DNA from: a virus
Reading direction: 5' to 3' (one strand)
DNA: 64,000 nt
Virus record (IMG/VR): IMGVR_UViG_3300032236_000862
Location: 1 to 64,000 of that record
Made by a program: the position numbers and the translations under genes. Positions 47,178 to 57,170 of the stretch are shown here, piece by piece; positions within the stretch are counted from its first letter, which is position 1; each line of letters starts with the position of its first letter. The notes beneath the pieces are model-generated. The model did no database searches. It saw only the letters and a list, made by a program, of their open reading frames with translations, and was not told the DNA's origin.

Positions 47178-47492
47178 ATGAATGGTAACAACATCGCAGT
47201 ACTCACAGAGCGGAACGACCTATCTTGGCACGATAGGGCTAGTTGCGTGGGAATGGACACGGAGTTATTCTACTTTGAGCCTAAACTCAAAGGGCAAGCG
47301 AAGCGAGATAAAGCACGTATCGCTAAGGCTATCTGCGCAGGTTGTCCGGTCAAACTCCAATGCCTCGTTGACGCTGTCACCAGAGATGATAGACACTCTA
47401 TTCAGGGAGGTACTACCCCAGAGGAGCGAGGTTCTCTCCACGAGAGCGTTGCCTGCTGGCCATTAGAAAAGGTGCTAGCGTGTATCAAGTAA
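47178..47492 (+). CDS. whiB: WhiB-family transcription factor
   Basis: W...A.C...D..LF, AK.IC..CPV...CL, GG.T..ER; the usual GVWGG is here SIQGG. Confidence 0.9.
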   Translation: MNGNNIAVLTERNDLSWHDRASCVGMDTELFYFEPKLKGQAKRDKARIAKAICAGCPVKLQCLVDAVTRDDRHSIQGGTTPEERGSLHESVACWPLEKVLACIK

Positions 47493-47728
47493 TCACACAG
47501 ACCAGCACATATGAGGTCAACACAAACAACCGCACATTCCGCCGTATCCCAGACAAAGGCCCTGGCCTAGTTAGGGATTTAGAGTGGACACCATATATCA
47601 GCATTAAGCACCCATTCATTGGCCAACCTATGACCATAGAGTGGTCACTCAATGGCTCCCGCAAAATTCGTACCACAACACCCGTTGTGGACATAGACCT
47701 ACTGGAAGGAGGGGACGATGAAGGCTAG
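47480..47728 (+). CDS. Hypothetical protein
   Basis: ORF track; T..STYE...TTPV pattern. Confidence 0.6.
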   Translation: MYQVITQTSTYEVNTNNRTFRRIPDKGPGLVRDLEWTPYISIKHPFIGQPMTIEWSLNGSRKIRTTTPVVDIDLLEGGDDEG

Positions 47729-48251
47729 ACACAAGACTTGGCAGTTTAATAAGTTCTGGATATCTGTTGGTATGAGCAAGCAGTTTGCTATCAGTATCTA
47801 TATCAACGAGTTATTCGCAGGCATTGATATTGGATGCTTCTACTTCTCCATCGAATACTAATCTTATGTGAGGAGGCGGGGTTGAGCGTGTGAGGGTACG
47901 CTCCCCCGCCTGTTTTTCTGTGTGATGCGATGCCTCCACAGCACACCCGATGAAAATCTCTGTGCTGTGCTGGCTTCGGATTACATAGGTAATCCAGGGT
48001 CATACACATCCGCACAAAAGAAAGAGCGTGGTAGGCGTTGAGCTAAGGCTCCGAACGAAATAGTTCCGGCTATCTCTAATAGGGCTGAACCCATCGGGCC
48101 GATCCCCTTGTCCTCGTAAGACTTCGTGGGCTTACACGGCATTGTGCTGCTATCGAGTACTGCGGAATAGTATGCAAATGAACTCACAACGCACGGAGAG
48201 TATAAACCGTGTATGCACCAACACAAACAACTACACAAAGGAGGGCCAGTA

Positions 48252-48665
48252 ATGGCTAGAATCACCAACCTCATCAACAAGGCTGATGCTCTCAAGCAGT
48301 TAAACGCTGCACTGAAGAAGGCTAACGCTGAGTACGATAAGGACTCCAAAGCATATGTGGCCGCTAAAGCCATCTATGACAAAGAGATAGTTGCATACAA
48401 CAAAGCCGTTGTTGCAGCCGGTATCGCATACCTAAAGTCTGTTGATACCAACAAAGCAAATCAATTCAGTGCTAGGTACGGAAGTACCATAACACACGTT
48501 GACTTCAACATCAACATTGGATTGAAAGAACCAAGCCTAGACAAGGCACAGCCGTATAGAAATATGATTGAGCGTATTGAGAAGCAGATTCGTTCTGTTT
48601 CAATTATGTCCGGCGAAACCTTCAATGCCAGCATGTTGCATGACGATTTCTTCAACTGCTTGTAA
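48252..48665 (+). CDS. Hypothetical coiled-coil protein
   Basis: GGAGG RBS before MARIT. Confidence 0.65.
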   Translation: MARITNLINKADALKQLNAALKKANAEYDKDSKAYVAAKAIYDKEIVAYNKAVVAAGIAYLKSVDTNKANQFSARYGSTITHVDFNINIGLKEPSLDKAQPYRNMIERIEKQIRSVSIMSGETFNASMLHDDFFNCL

Positions 48666-48749
48666 TACGGGTAACGCCGGTTGGTTTCTAAAGTTCTTCC
48701 TGAGGTAAAAGAACTCCTGTCCTAAGCATGACAAGGCTAAACTGCTTAC

Positions 48750-48822
48750 GCCCTCATAGTTCAATGGATAGAACATCATCGTCCTAAGGTGAGTGTTGCC
48801 AGTTCGATTCTGGCTGAGGGCA
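48750..48822 (+). tRNA. tRNA-Arg(CCT)
   Basis: Acceptor GCCCTCA/TGAGGGC, D arm GTTC/GAAC, anticodon stem TCATC/GGTGA with loop GTCCTAA, T arm GCCAG-TTCGATT-CTGGC; CCA not encoded. Confidence 0.9.
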
Positions 48823-48919
48823 CGGCACGGAGTGCGGGATGACTTGTAGTCAGAAAACCTCCCTCGCCAAGAGCTGAGCATCTCTATAAACTGCTCATTA
48901 CTAATAGAAAGGAGGAACT

Positions 48920-49186
48920 ATGGAACCGGAAGACTTGCACGGTAAGTTTGAGTATTCAGCCACACCAGAGCACAAGACCAACATCTTGCCACTCAGGTGG
49001 TTTGCCAATGCTTGCAATCATCTATCAAGTTTTGCGATAGAGCGAGCATTAGATCATGAAGACTTTGCCCATTACAACGGCACTGAACTATCACGAGCAG
49101 GATATAGATGGTGGAAGATTTGGGCCATCATCAACATTCCCTACGATAAGTGGGGCACAACCTATCTAGTAGATTGGCATAAATAA
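48920..49186 (+). CDS. Hypothetical protein
   Basis: AAAGGAGG RBS. Confidence 0.65.
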   Translation: MEPEDLHGKFEYSATPEHKTNILPLRWFANACNHLSSFAIERALDHEDFAHYNGTELSRAGYRWWKIWAIINIPYDKWGTTYLVDWHK

Positions 49187-49419
49187 TGCAACCAACACAA
49201 ACAACCCTCTCACAGATAAAAGCCGAAGCCGCAAGCCGAGGCAACGTCGTATTCATTGATGATTCCCTACTTGAATCGGCCAAACGATTAGAATTCATTG
49301 TAGATGCAGTTGCCCACAAGGGACTCACCTACAAGGAAGCGTCAGCCTTATGGGCTGATGGCATTGACACTCTGCACACAAGTGTAGAGACAATAACAAC
49401 CTCCGAAAGGGGCCTATAA
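49186..49419 (+). CDS. Hypothetical protein
   Basis: TAATG coupling. Confidence 0.55.
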   Translation: MQPTQTTLSQIKAEAASRGNVVFIDDSLLESAKRLEFIVDAVAHKGLTYKEASALWADGIDTLHTSVETITTSERGL

Positions 49420-49420
49420 A

Positions 49421-49693
49421 ATGGCAAAAGGTAAAGGCGGAGCACCAGCTCCTAAAGCAAACACAGCAGGCGAACGCCAGAATGGCAAAGCCCGCAAGAA
49501 AAACCCAGGACCAGCACAGCCAGAGAAGACCAACTTCACACACGTGAATGGTCGTTCGGCTGCTAGTCACGCCAAGCGTGAGGCTTGGAAGGCTGCCGGT
49601 GGTCGTGCAAACCACGAGTCAATCCCTCACTGGAAGACCGGCAAGGTGTACAAGGCACCGGTCTATTCAGTATTTGCTAAGGCACTAGTGTGA
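49421..49693 (+). CDS. Basic hypothetical protein
   Basis: ORF track; RBS. Confidence 0.6.
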   Translation: MAKGKGGAPAPKANTAGERQNGKARKKNPGPAQPEKTNFTHVNGRSAASHAKREAWKAAGGRANHESIPHWKTGKVYKAPVYSVFAKALV

Positions 49694-50013
49694 GCAAGAA
49701 GATAAAGCGCAAGCACGTTGTTGCCACACTTGAGCAACAGATACTCGAGGAGCACGATGACCTGCATTGGGATGACCATCAGCATAGTCGTGCATATCAC
49801 AGCGGGCTTATGGATGGCTTGGGGTTTGCCCTCAAGTTACTCAAGCCTGATTCAACTGTGCTTCCCCTCACATCCGTGTGGTTCGATGAGGAACCAACAC
49901 AAACATCCGAGCGCCAGCGTGAACAACTCATCGAAATTCAGTATGTTGACATGGCCGATCCTATTCCTGTAGCCTGTTATGCAGGGTTGTTTGAAACAGT
50001 GGAGGCACCATGA
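49690..50013 (+). CDS. Hypothetical protein
   Basis: GTGA overlap. Confidence 0.55.
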   Translation: MSKKIKRKHVVATLEQQILEEHDDLHWDDHQHSRAYHSGLMDGLGFALKLLKPDSTVLPLTSVWFDEEPTQTSERQREQLIEIQYVDMADPIPVACYAGLFETVEAP

Positions 50014-50765
50014 GTTATAAGTTACGTTCATACCAATACTGGTGTGATTACTTAGAGGGCGGGCGTAAGAAATATATACGCCCACTCTATGAGTATGGCA
50101 TGACCATCGAGAAAGCTAGCAAGTTTCAGCTTCCCGGTGGTGACCTACACATTAAGGCTAATTGGGCCGGTAATTACCCATTCATCATTGTTCACAGTGA
50201 TGACTCATTCACCCTACAAGGTGGTGTCATTAACAGTTATTGGGGTGGGAGCTGGAACATACTGAAGTCACAGGGTGTTCGCTATCGCATCTGGAAGTAC
50301 ACAGGCGTAAACGTCTTTCAACGTAACTATGAAATCAAGGTTATAGATGAAAACGCAGGTCTTACCCCATCCAAGATACAAGGTTGTCGCCAATGTAAGC
50401 AAACAGGTAAACAAGACGGTTGGTGTAGTCCAACTACTTGTTTTGATGGCGACTTCTATGACACACCTAACGGAGATTCTGTGTATGCATGCCCTGAACA
50501 CCCTGATGCCCAATCACCACATGGATCGTGGCACAGGTTTCACCTTATAGCGTGCACCCACGGACAAATGAAAGGCCACACACTACCACGAAGCCAAGAG
50601 TGTTATTACTGTAAGGGTTCAGGCAAGCGTGACTATGGCAACAAACCGATTTCTTTACTCTGGGATGGTTCCCCACTTAGGGTAAAGGATAAAAAGATAG
50701 TAAAGAAACCACTAACCGAACTAGAAAGGATACTAGCCAATCATGTCCAATCGAGTAGCGTATGA
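50010..50765 (+). CDS. Hypothetical protein with DnaJ-like CxxCxxxG motifs
   Basis: CRQCKQTG and CYYCKGSG. Confidence 0.6.
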   Translation: MSYKLRSYQYWCDYLEGGRKKYIRPLYEYGMTIEKASKFQLPGGDLHIKANWAGNYPFIIVHSDDSFTLQGGVINSYWGGSWNILKSQGVRYRIWKYTGVNVFQRNYEIKVIDENAGLTPSKIQGCRQCKQTGKQDGWCSPTTCFDGDFYDTPNGDSVYACPEHPDAQSPHGSWHRFHLIACTHGQMKGHTLPRSQECYYCKGSGKRDYGNKPISLLWDGSPLRVKDKKIVKKPLTELERILANHVQSSSV

Positions 50766-51207
50766 CATGGCAGAACCAATCAACGGAATGATAAATCACT
50801 CTGTTGCTGGGAATATGCTAGACCACGTAATTGCTCTCAACAGCATGCAGTTACCGGGTAATTTTCTAAATTACACGAGTAACAACAGCAGTTATCGAGA
50901 TGCAATCCTCAATCGCTTGATTGAATCGCCTGTGTATGCATTGCAACTAATGCTTGCAGGTGTTAGGTCATCTAAAAACAATACAGACAACCTGCGTATC
51001 TTTAGCGAGTATGCAGCCGCTCTGTCCTATGTTGCAGGTGATACGGAACTAGCCGGAGAGATTATCCTCCGCAATGATCCATCAACAAATAGTCCTCTGC
51101 TCAGGAGCATTGCAGAGTCACTATCAGTAGGCGTCAGCTCTGACACCTTCAAAGAGTTACTACGTGCTAGCACAACACAGGCAGCCCAACTGCTTGCTAA
51201 TGCGTAG
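50743..51207 (+). CDS. Hypothetical helical protein
   Basis: ORF track. Confidence 0.55.
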   Translation: MSNRVAYDMAEPINGMINHSVAGNMLDHVIALNSMQLPGNFLNYTSNNSSYRDAILNRLIESPVYALQLMLAGVRSSKNNTDNLRIFSEYAAALSYVAGDTELAGEIILRNDPSTNSPLLRSIAESLSVGVSSDTFKELLRASTTQAAQLLANA

Positions 51208-51249
51208 CCAACACAAACAAACCAACAGCCTGAGAAAGGGAACCGTTCA

Positions 51250-51561
51250 ATGGCAATAGATGGACCAGTTAATCCTTGGTCAGACCAGATGCCCGCCCAA
51301 GACTATATAAGTTGTGATAGTTGCGGTCATGGTATCGGTAAGACTCAAGCATTCACACAAATCTACAACCTTAGATATCGTGCAAATCAGTATTTCCATG
51401 CCGACCATCTGGGTTGTTCTGCAGCTACTCAACTCAAGAATAGCCGCCCACGTATAGTGCTCAATCGTTACCGCAAAGGCATCATCAGCGAGCTGATGTA
51501 TGGCGGAGATGGTGGCGAGGGAGACAGCTATGCCGATAAGGTTGATGATCTTGTCGAATAA
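51250..51561 (+). CDS. Hypothetical protein
   Basis: ORF track; RBS. Confidence 0.55.
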   Translation: MAIDGPVNPWSDQMPAQDYISCDSCGHGIGKTQAFTQIYNLRYRANQYFHADHLGCSAATQLKNSRPRIVLNRYRKGIISELMYGGDGGEGDSYADKVDDLVE

Positions 51562-51755
51562 GTAACACCGTTGTTGGTTGGTCAAGCCTACTTCAAGCAT
51601 ACTTGATCGAACCTAGACCAGAGTAATTTAAAGGCTCACGCATTAGTAGTACGTGATAACTAATGTATGCGAGATGAGAAGATAATGTGCGGAGGCATCC
51701 AGTCCCTGTGAGCATCAGGGGTAGGCCAACCAACAACCCTTACTAAGGAGAGCAT

Positions 51756-51995
51756 ATGTGTCACGAATGTGGCGATGAAAACTACGGAGATATGAATCAG
51801 ATTCCACCTGAAGAGATGGAAGAGTTCATTGACTTCGCATGTCTGCAAGTATCTAAAGTAATAGATAAAGCAGAAGATAAAGGATTCCTTTACCAACTCA
51901 TTACTGAGTGGCCAAGGGAAAGGCAAGCGGCATTCGCTCTTGCTACGATACTAGAGGAACGATTAAACTCGTCCTGGCAAGAAGAAGGGGAATAA
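51756..51995 (+). CDS. Hypothetical protein
   Basis: AAGGAG RBS. Confidence 0.6.
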   Translation: MCHECGDENYGDMNQIPPEEMEEFIDFACLQVSKVIDKAEDKGFLYQLITEWPRERQAAFALATILEERLNSSWQEEGE

Positions 51996-53384
51996 ATGGA
52001 CATCTCAATGTTCGTTGAATCGTACGAGCCTACTATGGGCAACCACCGTCGTCAGATATTGGTGGTTCCATACAAGGACGGCATCAATCTCTACTCTCGT
52101 GTGACTGATGGTACTAAGGGCACTCACAATAAGTGGGAGCCAACAACCCTAGACACACTAACAAGTGAGGTTAAAGATAACGAGCAAACAACTCGTCGTC
52201 CTGTAGGTGTGTACGTAACATCTGCTGATGTGCGTGCCATTGATAGCAAGGGCTATTCTCCAGTCCTAACTACCAAGGCAGTAGGCGCACATAACAAGTC
52301 CATTGCAGAAGTTAAATCCGATGTGATGGATATCGTAACAGGCTTCTACTCTCAAATCGAGGTAGGAGATGACCAACTGGAGGAATACGTGATAGATAAC
52401 CGAGCAACAACTAGCCCGCTAGTCGTTCCCGTGCCAACACAAACACTCGATGCTCCGGCCCAACAAGCCGCTCCTGCATTCAATGTGTCGTTGGCCACAG
52501 TTCCACCATTGCATCTAGCACAACGCTATGTGCATCGCAAGGTCTACAACGTTGAAGACTTTGCTATCTTTGATACCGCTCGTGCTGATGGTATCAACGT
52601 GCTTATCTACGGCCCAACCGGCCCTGGTAAGACAACAGCTGTAGAAGCGTGGGCCGCTGATCGTGGCTTGCGTATGGCTACAGTATCTGGCAACGCATCT
52701 ATGGAGTCACGCCAGTTGTTCGGTGGCTTCATTCCTGACGGCAATGGTAGTTATGGCTGGATTGACGGTCCAGTAACTGACGTTGTCCGTAACGGTGGTG
52801 TTCTACTACTGGACGAGATGAACTTCATCAGTCCTAAAATCTACACCACACTCTATCCACTAACCGATGGTCGTCGTACTATCACTCTGCTCGACCATAT
52901 GGGCGAGACAATCACAGCGCATCCTGATCTTACGATCTTTGCGACTATGAATCCTGACTACGTAGGTACAACACCTCTCAACTATGCAATGCGTAACCGC
53001 TTTGATATCCAGTTGATGTGGGATTACGACGATGCTGTCGAGGAGAAGCTTGTTAGTAGCAAGGCTCTTCGTACACTAGTCAAGTCTCTTCGTACTGAAG
53101 CAGCTAAGGGTCAGTACGATACTCCAATCTCTACTAACATGCTGATCGAGTTCAGTGACTTTGTAACCAAGCTTGGTTATGACTTCGCAGTTGAGAACTT
53201 TATCGCTCACTTCGGCTCTGACGAGCAAGCGTCTGTACGTCTGGTCTTCCAGACACATCAGTACAACATCCAATCTGACTTCGGTATTGCACCGGAGATC
53301 AAGAACGATGAGTCAGAATCAACACAAACACAATCTGATCGTTTAAAAGCATGGGTCGCAACAGCCAATTCAATGACGGTCTAA
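51996..53384 (+). CDS. MoxR/CbbQ-type AAA+ ATPase
   Basis: GPTGPGKT, W.DGP, LLLDEMN, ATMNP.Y.GT, A.RNRF. Confidence 0.9.
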   Translation: MDISMFVESYEPTMGNHRRQILVVPYKDGINLYSRVTDGTKGTHNKWEPTTLDTLTSEVKDNEQTTRRPVGVYVTSADVRAIDSKGYSPVLTTKAVGAHNKSIAEVKSDVMDIVTGFYSQIEVGDDQLEEYVIDNRATTSPLVVPVPTQTLDAPAQQAAPAFNVSLATVPPLHLAQRYVHRKVYNVEDFAIFDTARADGINVLIYGPTGPGKTTAVEAWAADRGLRMATVSGNASMESRQLFGGFIPDGNGSYGWIDGPVTDVVRNGGVLLLDEMNFISPKIYTTLYPLTDGRRTITLLDHMGETITAHPDLTIFATMNPDYVGTTPLNYAMRNRFDIQLMWDYDDAVEEKLVSSKALRTLVKSLRTEAAKGQYDTPISTNMLIEFSDFVTKLGYDFAVENFIAHFGSDEQASVRLVFQTHQYNIQSDFGIAPEIKNDESESTQTQSDRLKAWVATANSMTV

Positions 53385-53395
53385 GGAGGTGGTAA

Positions 53396-55225
53396 ATGTT
53401 TGACGACAATCTAAATGAGCGTTATATGGAACAGCGTGATGAGGAATCTCAATTACGCTCTATCAGATTAAACGCTCTATGCCGTGTCTACGAACAAGCT
53501 GACAGGGTTATTACCGGTGATCCGGTTCTAGTCCACGTGGTGCCTGATGGTCCTGCGCCTGCTTGGTCTGATGGCCAGGCTATCTACATCAACGCTAGTG
53601 AGATCGAAGACATTGATCTTGAAGCGTTATCTCAGGTCAATGGCCTGAACTTCCACGAGCTAGCTCACCATCTGTATACTCCCCGCAAGGGAACAGTATT
53701 CATGAAGGAAGTTATCAATCGTGGACTAATGCAAGCGGCCAATATGCTGGAGGACCAGCGTATCGAGACGTTGCTTGTAGCCCGCTATCCATCAGTAGCG
53801 CCGTTCTTAACTGCAACGTGCGCTCGTTATCTAGGTAGTACCCCTGAGGAAGCGGAAGGTGCTTATATGCTCCTACGTGGTCGCAGGTATCTACCTATTC
53901 AGATACGTGAAGCATTCAGGGACTTGTTCTATGAGCCTAAGCTCATCCCTGTAATTGCTGACATCGTAGACCAGTATAGGTTGCTTGTATTCCCCCGTGA
54001 TTACGACAAAGCAATCGAACTCATCCAACGTTGGAACGATGAGGTAATCGGCCAGTTGCCTAACCCACAGAATCTTCCTAAGGGTATGACCGGCTGTACT
54101 GATCGTGATGCCGTAGGTAAAGGTCGTCCTGAACCTGGCAAAGCCCAGGAGAAAGACGCTGAACGTGCCAAGGGTATGGGTAAGGCGGAATCAACTACGC
54201 CCAACACAAACAAACCCACAGCACCTGCACCAACAACACAGCAAGAAGCACTTGATATGGCAAATGCTAAGCCAACAAATGGTGAAGCATCGCCCCCATC
54301 AATCACTCCTGGTACAGGCCATCATGAAAGCCTAGGTGGTATCCCAGACAGTGTGCACGACATGCTAACGGATGTTATTGACACCGTTATGTCTAGCAAG
54401 GAAGTGCTTCAAGATCTAAAAACCAAGCAAAAGGTAATTGTAGGTGGTGACGGTAAGCATACCGATACCATCAAGCGTGGTCGTTATGACACAGCGCCTG
54501 TTCCATCAGACGCAATGGTTACCTATCGTAAGTTCGCACGTGAACTAGAACGCTTACGTGATGAATGCGAGCCTGCTTGGCACAAGGAGGAGGCTAGTGG
54601 CAAGCTCAATGTCCAGCGTGTTATTCGTGGATGTGAGATTGATGAAGCCTTTGACCGCTGGGATGAAGGCACGGACGGCACTGATGTGGAGGCTGTGATC
54701 CTCGTGGATCGCTCAGGCTCTATGTCCGGTGGCAATGACCGTGGCGCATCCATTGCGTCTTGGACTATCAAGCGTGCACTAGAAGGCATCGGCGCTCCGG
54801 TGACCGTGTACTCGTTTGATGACGAGACGGAGTTGGCTTACAATCGAACAGAACTAGCCAACAAGACGCACTACAAGTTCATCTACGGCAGTGGTGGCAC
54901 AGAGCCTTATAGTGCCTTGCTTGCTGCAGAGCAAGTTCTTCTATCATCTCGTAAGAAGAACAAGATGTTGTTCATTGTTACTGATGGCGCCTTTGGTGAA
55001 AAAAGTGACGAGGTTATCGAACGTATGGGTAAGCGTGGCATTCTTACCGCTATGTCCTTAATCATGGGCGACAATGACATGAAGTTCTACCAAGAACGAT
55101 ATGGCTACAGTGACGATACGTTTAGACACGGTGTAGAAATCTATGCCCGTATCAATACGGCTCGTGACCTGCTGCCATTTGCTAGATCAGTAGTTACCGG
55201 AGCAATCAGAAAGCGAGGAAGATAA
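53396..55225 (+). CDS. Metallopeptidase-like / vWA domain protein
   Basis: HELAH, N.LED.RIE, SG.L, MIDAS DRSGS, GGT, TDG. Confidence 0.85.
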   Translation: MFDDNLNERYMEQRDEESQLRSIRLNALCRVYEQADRVITGDPVLVHVVPDGPAPAWSDGQAIYINASEIEDIDLEALSQVNGLNFHELAHHLYTPRKGTVFMKEVINRGLMQAANMLEDQRIETLLVARYPSVAPFLTATCARYLGSTPEEAEGAYMLLRGRRYLPIQIREAFRDLFYEPKLIPVIADIVDQYRLLVFPRDYDKAIELIQRWNDEVIGQLPNPQNLPKGMTGCTDRDAVGKGRPEPGKAQEKDAERAKGMGKAESTTPNTNKPTAPAPTTQQEALDMANAKPTNGEASPPSITPGTGHHESLGGIPDSVHDMLTDVIDTVMSSKEVLQDLKTKQKVIVGGDGKHTDTIKRGRYDTAPVPSDAMVTYRKFARELERLRDECEPAWHKEEASGKLNVQRVIRGCEIDEAFDRWDEGTDGTDVEAVILVDRSGSMSGGNDRGASIASWTIKRALEGIGAPVTVYSFDDETELAYNRTELANKTHYKFIYGSGGTEPYSALLAAEQVLLSSRKKNKMLFIVTDGAFGEKSDEVIERMGKRGILTAMSLIMGDNDMKFYQERYGYSDDTFRHGVEIYARINTARDLLPFARSVVTGAIRKRGR

Positions 55226-55416
55226 TGTACACAATCTATGACAGCCTAACGGAGACCTTGATAGAGGTATTCAATGACTATGAATCAGCCCAGATGTTCC
55301 TGCTTCATATATCAGATGAAATCAACGATGGTGGGGCTAACCTATCTATCGAAGCTATCACTCCAGCACACGAGTGGGCTCAAGATAATGGCATCATGTT
55401 GGCATCATTAGCATGA
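55225..55416 (+). CDS. Hypothetical protein
   Basis: TAATG coupling. Confidence 0.55.
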   Translation: MYTIYDSLTETLIEVFNDYESAQMFLLHISDEINDGGANLSIEAITPAHEWAQDNGIMLASLA

Positions 55417-55565
55417 CCACTCGTCAAGAAGATCCGGCAGCATGGCTCAGTGAGATGTTGAGGCAGAGGGAACTTGACCTGCTCAACACAAACAAAGCTA
55501 TCGTACGCAACCTACTAGTCAAGCATGGGGCTGAAGATCTTATCCCTATGCTGTTGGAGGACTAA
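55413..55565 (+). CDS. Hypothetical protein, 50 aa
   Basis: Hand-translated MTTRQEDPAAWL...; ATGA overlap. Confidence 0.5.
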   Translation: MTTRQEDPAAWLSEMLRQRELDLLNTNKAIVRNLLVKHGAEDLIPMLLED

Positions 55566-55677
55566 TGATCAAATGCAATCTATGTAAGAACGTATTGGGC
55601 CAAGACGACTCGTACGTAGTTCACAGTCAAACAGCAACGTGCTGGGACTGTTACTTCGGAGAAGACACGGGAGAACG

Positions 55678-56130
55678 ATGGTAAATACATTCCTGCCATA
55701 TGCAGACTTCAAGCAAGTGGCGCAATCCCTAGACGATAGGAGACTCGGCAAGCAACGTGTAGAGGCGTTGCAGATTCTGAGGGCCAACCTGGGTCTAACT
55801 GTGGGATGGCGCAATCATCCGGCTGCTGTAATGTGGCGGGGGCATGAAGGTCTACTAGCCAAATACACCATAACAATCTGTAATGAGTGGACTAAGCGTG
55901 GCTATGTAGACAATACCAAGCAGCAAGTGATCGAACTAATGAAGCAGTACAACCTAAAGCCAATCAAGAAGCCTTGGTGGCTTGGGGCAAGCACGTTTCA
56001 TGAGAGTCATCAGTCTAACCTCAAGCGTAAGCTTCCAGAGCATTACGACTTTGATGTAGCTGACGACATGCCATACCAATGGCCAACCCCTGAAGGTACG
56101 TTCCGAACAACTAAAAAGGAGAAAGAATGA
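55678..56130 (+). CDS. Pyrimidine-dimer DNA glycosylase-like protein (MSMEG_6728/DenV family)
   Basis: TFLPY.DF...A..LD..RLGKQRVE, HPA..MW.G, EW..RGY, P.WLG. Confidence 0.85.
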   Translation: MVNTFLPYADFKQVAQSLDDRRLGKQRVEALQILRANLGLTVGWRNHPAAVMWRGHEGLLAKYTITICNEWTKRGYVDNTKQQVIELMKQYNLKPIKKPWWLGASTFHESHQSNLKRKLPEHYDFDVADDMPYQWPTPEGTFRTTKKEKE

Positions 56131-56582
56131 TAACTACAACCCGCAAAGAAGCAATCACCTTGATTGAGGAAAGCATCAACAATGTTATTCCCCTGCAAGA
56201 TGACAGGCTTGAGAAGGTCATTTATGCAGTTAACAATGACCTCGCAGTCAGGGACTGGGTCTTGGGTATGCCTAATAGGTTTACCCTTGAAGAGTCTATT
56301 GACTTTGTACGTTATATGGCCGTGCACACCACAGCATTGGATAGTGTGCCGTTCATCACAATCAATGCCGTGTTTGAGTATGAGCGTGGCAATTCAGACA
56401 AGGCTCTGTTAATGATTGACTATGTCAATGCGGTTAATAATAACTACCCATTGGCTAAGCTAATCACCAGGACTTTTGATGCAGGTTGGGCACCAGAAAT
56501 GTTTGCTCAAATGCGTCAAGAGCTGGACGCCAAAGTAATGGCGGACTGCAATGAAGAACCAATCAGAGAGGAAGACAACTAA
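56127..56582 (+). CDS. Hypothetical helical protein
   Basis: ORF track; loosely similar to 50743-51207. Confidence 0.55.
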   Translation: MITTTRKEAITLIEESINNVIPLQDDRLEKVIYAVNNDLAVRDWVLGMPNRFTLEESIDFVRYMAVHTTALDSVPFITINAVFEYERGNSDKALLMIDYVNAVNNNYPLAKLITRTFDAGWAPEMFAQMRQELDAKVMADCNEEPIREEDN

Positions 56583-56714
56583 TGTCAGACAAAATCATAT
56601 GGCAAGCAGCAATAACAGCAGATATGGTAGAAGACTGGACGGAAGATGAGATTGAAATGCTCATAGCTGACCTAGATGACGCAGTTAAATCAACCTATGA
56701 AGATTGGGAGCTAC

Positions 56715-56891
56715 GTGACTAAATACAGAGTAACTATCCATGAGCACATTATCAGTGATCTTTGGGTGGAAGCAGACAACCAAAGTGATGCCAGAGACAT
56801 AGCCGAGGAGCACATCAGCGAAGGCTTCAACGGATGGGTTGTGGATGAGATGGCCGGTTGGATCGAGACCGGTGACATCGAGGAGGTTTGA
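56715..56891 (+). CDS. Small acidic hypothetical protein
   Basis: Y.V.I.E......VEA....A pattern. Confidence 0.55.
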   Translation: MTKYRVTIHEHIISDLWVEADNQSDARDIAEEHISEGFNGWVVDEMAGWIETGDIEEV

Positions 56892-56935
56892 CCAACACAA
56901 ACAACCGAGTTATACTATATACAGAAGGGAAGTAA

Positions 56936-57163
56936 ATGAGCGATGACAGTGACCTATATGACCTGCGCCTTACCTTTAGGGTTAAACTAAAGAAATGGCG
57001 TGTAGACGACCAGCATGATCGTAACAATCAAGAGTGGTCTCTAAGATTCTGGGATAGAAACCTAGAGGAGTGGAAGATCGCTAACGAGTCGGATCTAAAT
57101 AGGCCAGGTGAGCAGGGCTATATCGAAAGCATACAAATCATTACTAATAAAAAGGGAGGGTGA
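56936..57163 (+). CDS. Hypothetical protein
   Basis: TATACT promoter and RBS upstream. Confidence 0.55.
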   Translation: MSDDSDLYDLRLTFRVKLKKWRVDDQHDRNNQEWSLRFWDRNLEEWKIANESDLNRPGEQGYIESIQIITNKKGG

Positions 57164-57170
57164 GCATGTA

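Noticed and set aside
48823-48869. HDV-like (theta) ribozyme after the tRNA
   Set aside because: CCTCCCTCGC resembles L3, but P3 and P1 could not be closed
47518-56903. CRISPR array interpretation of the 11-mer
   Set aside because: Repeat too short, spacing about 1 kb, many copies inside genes
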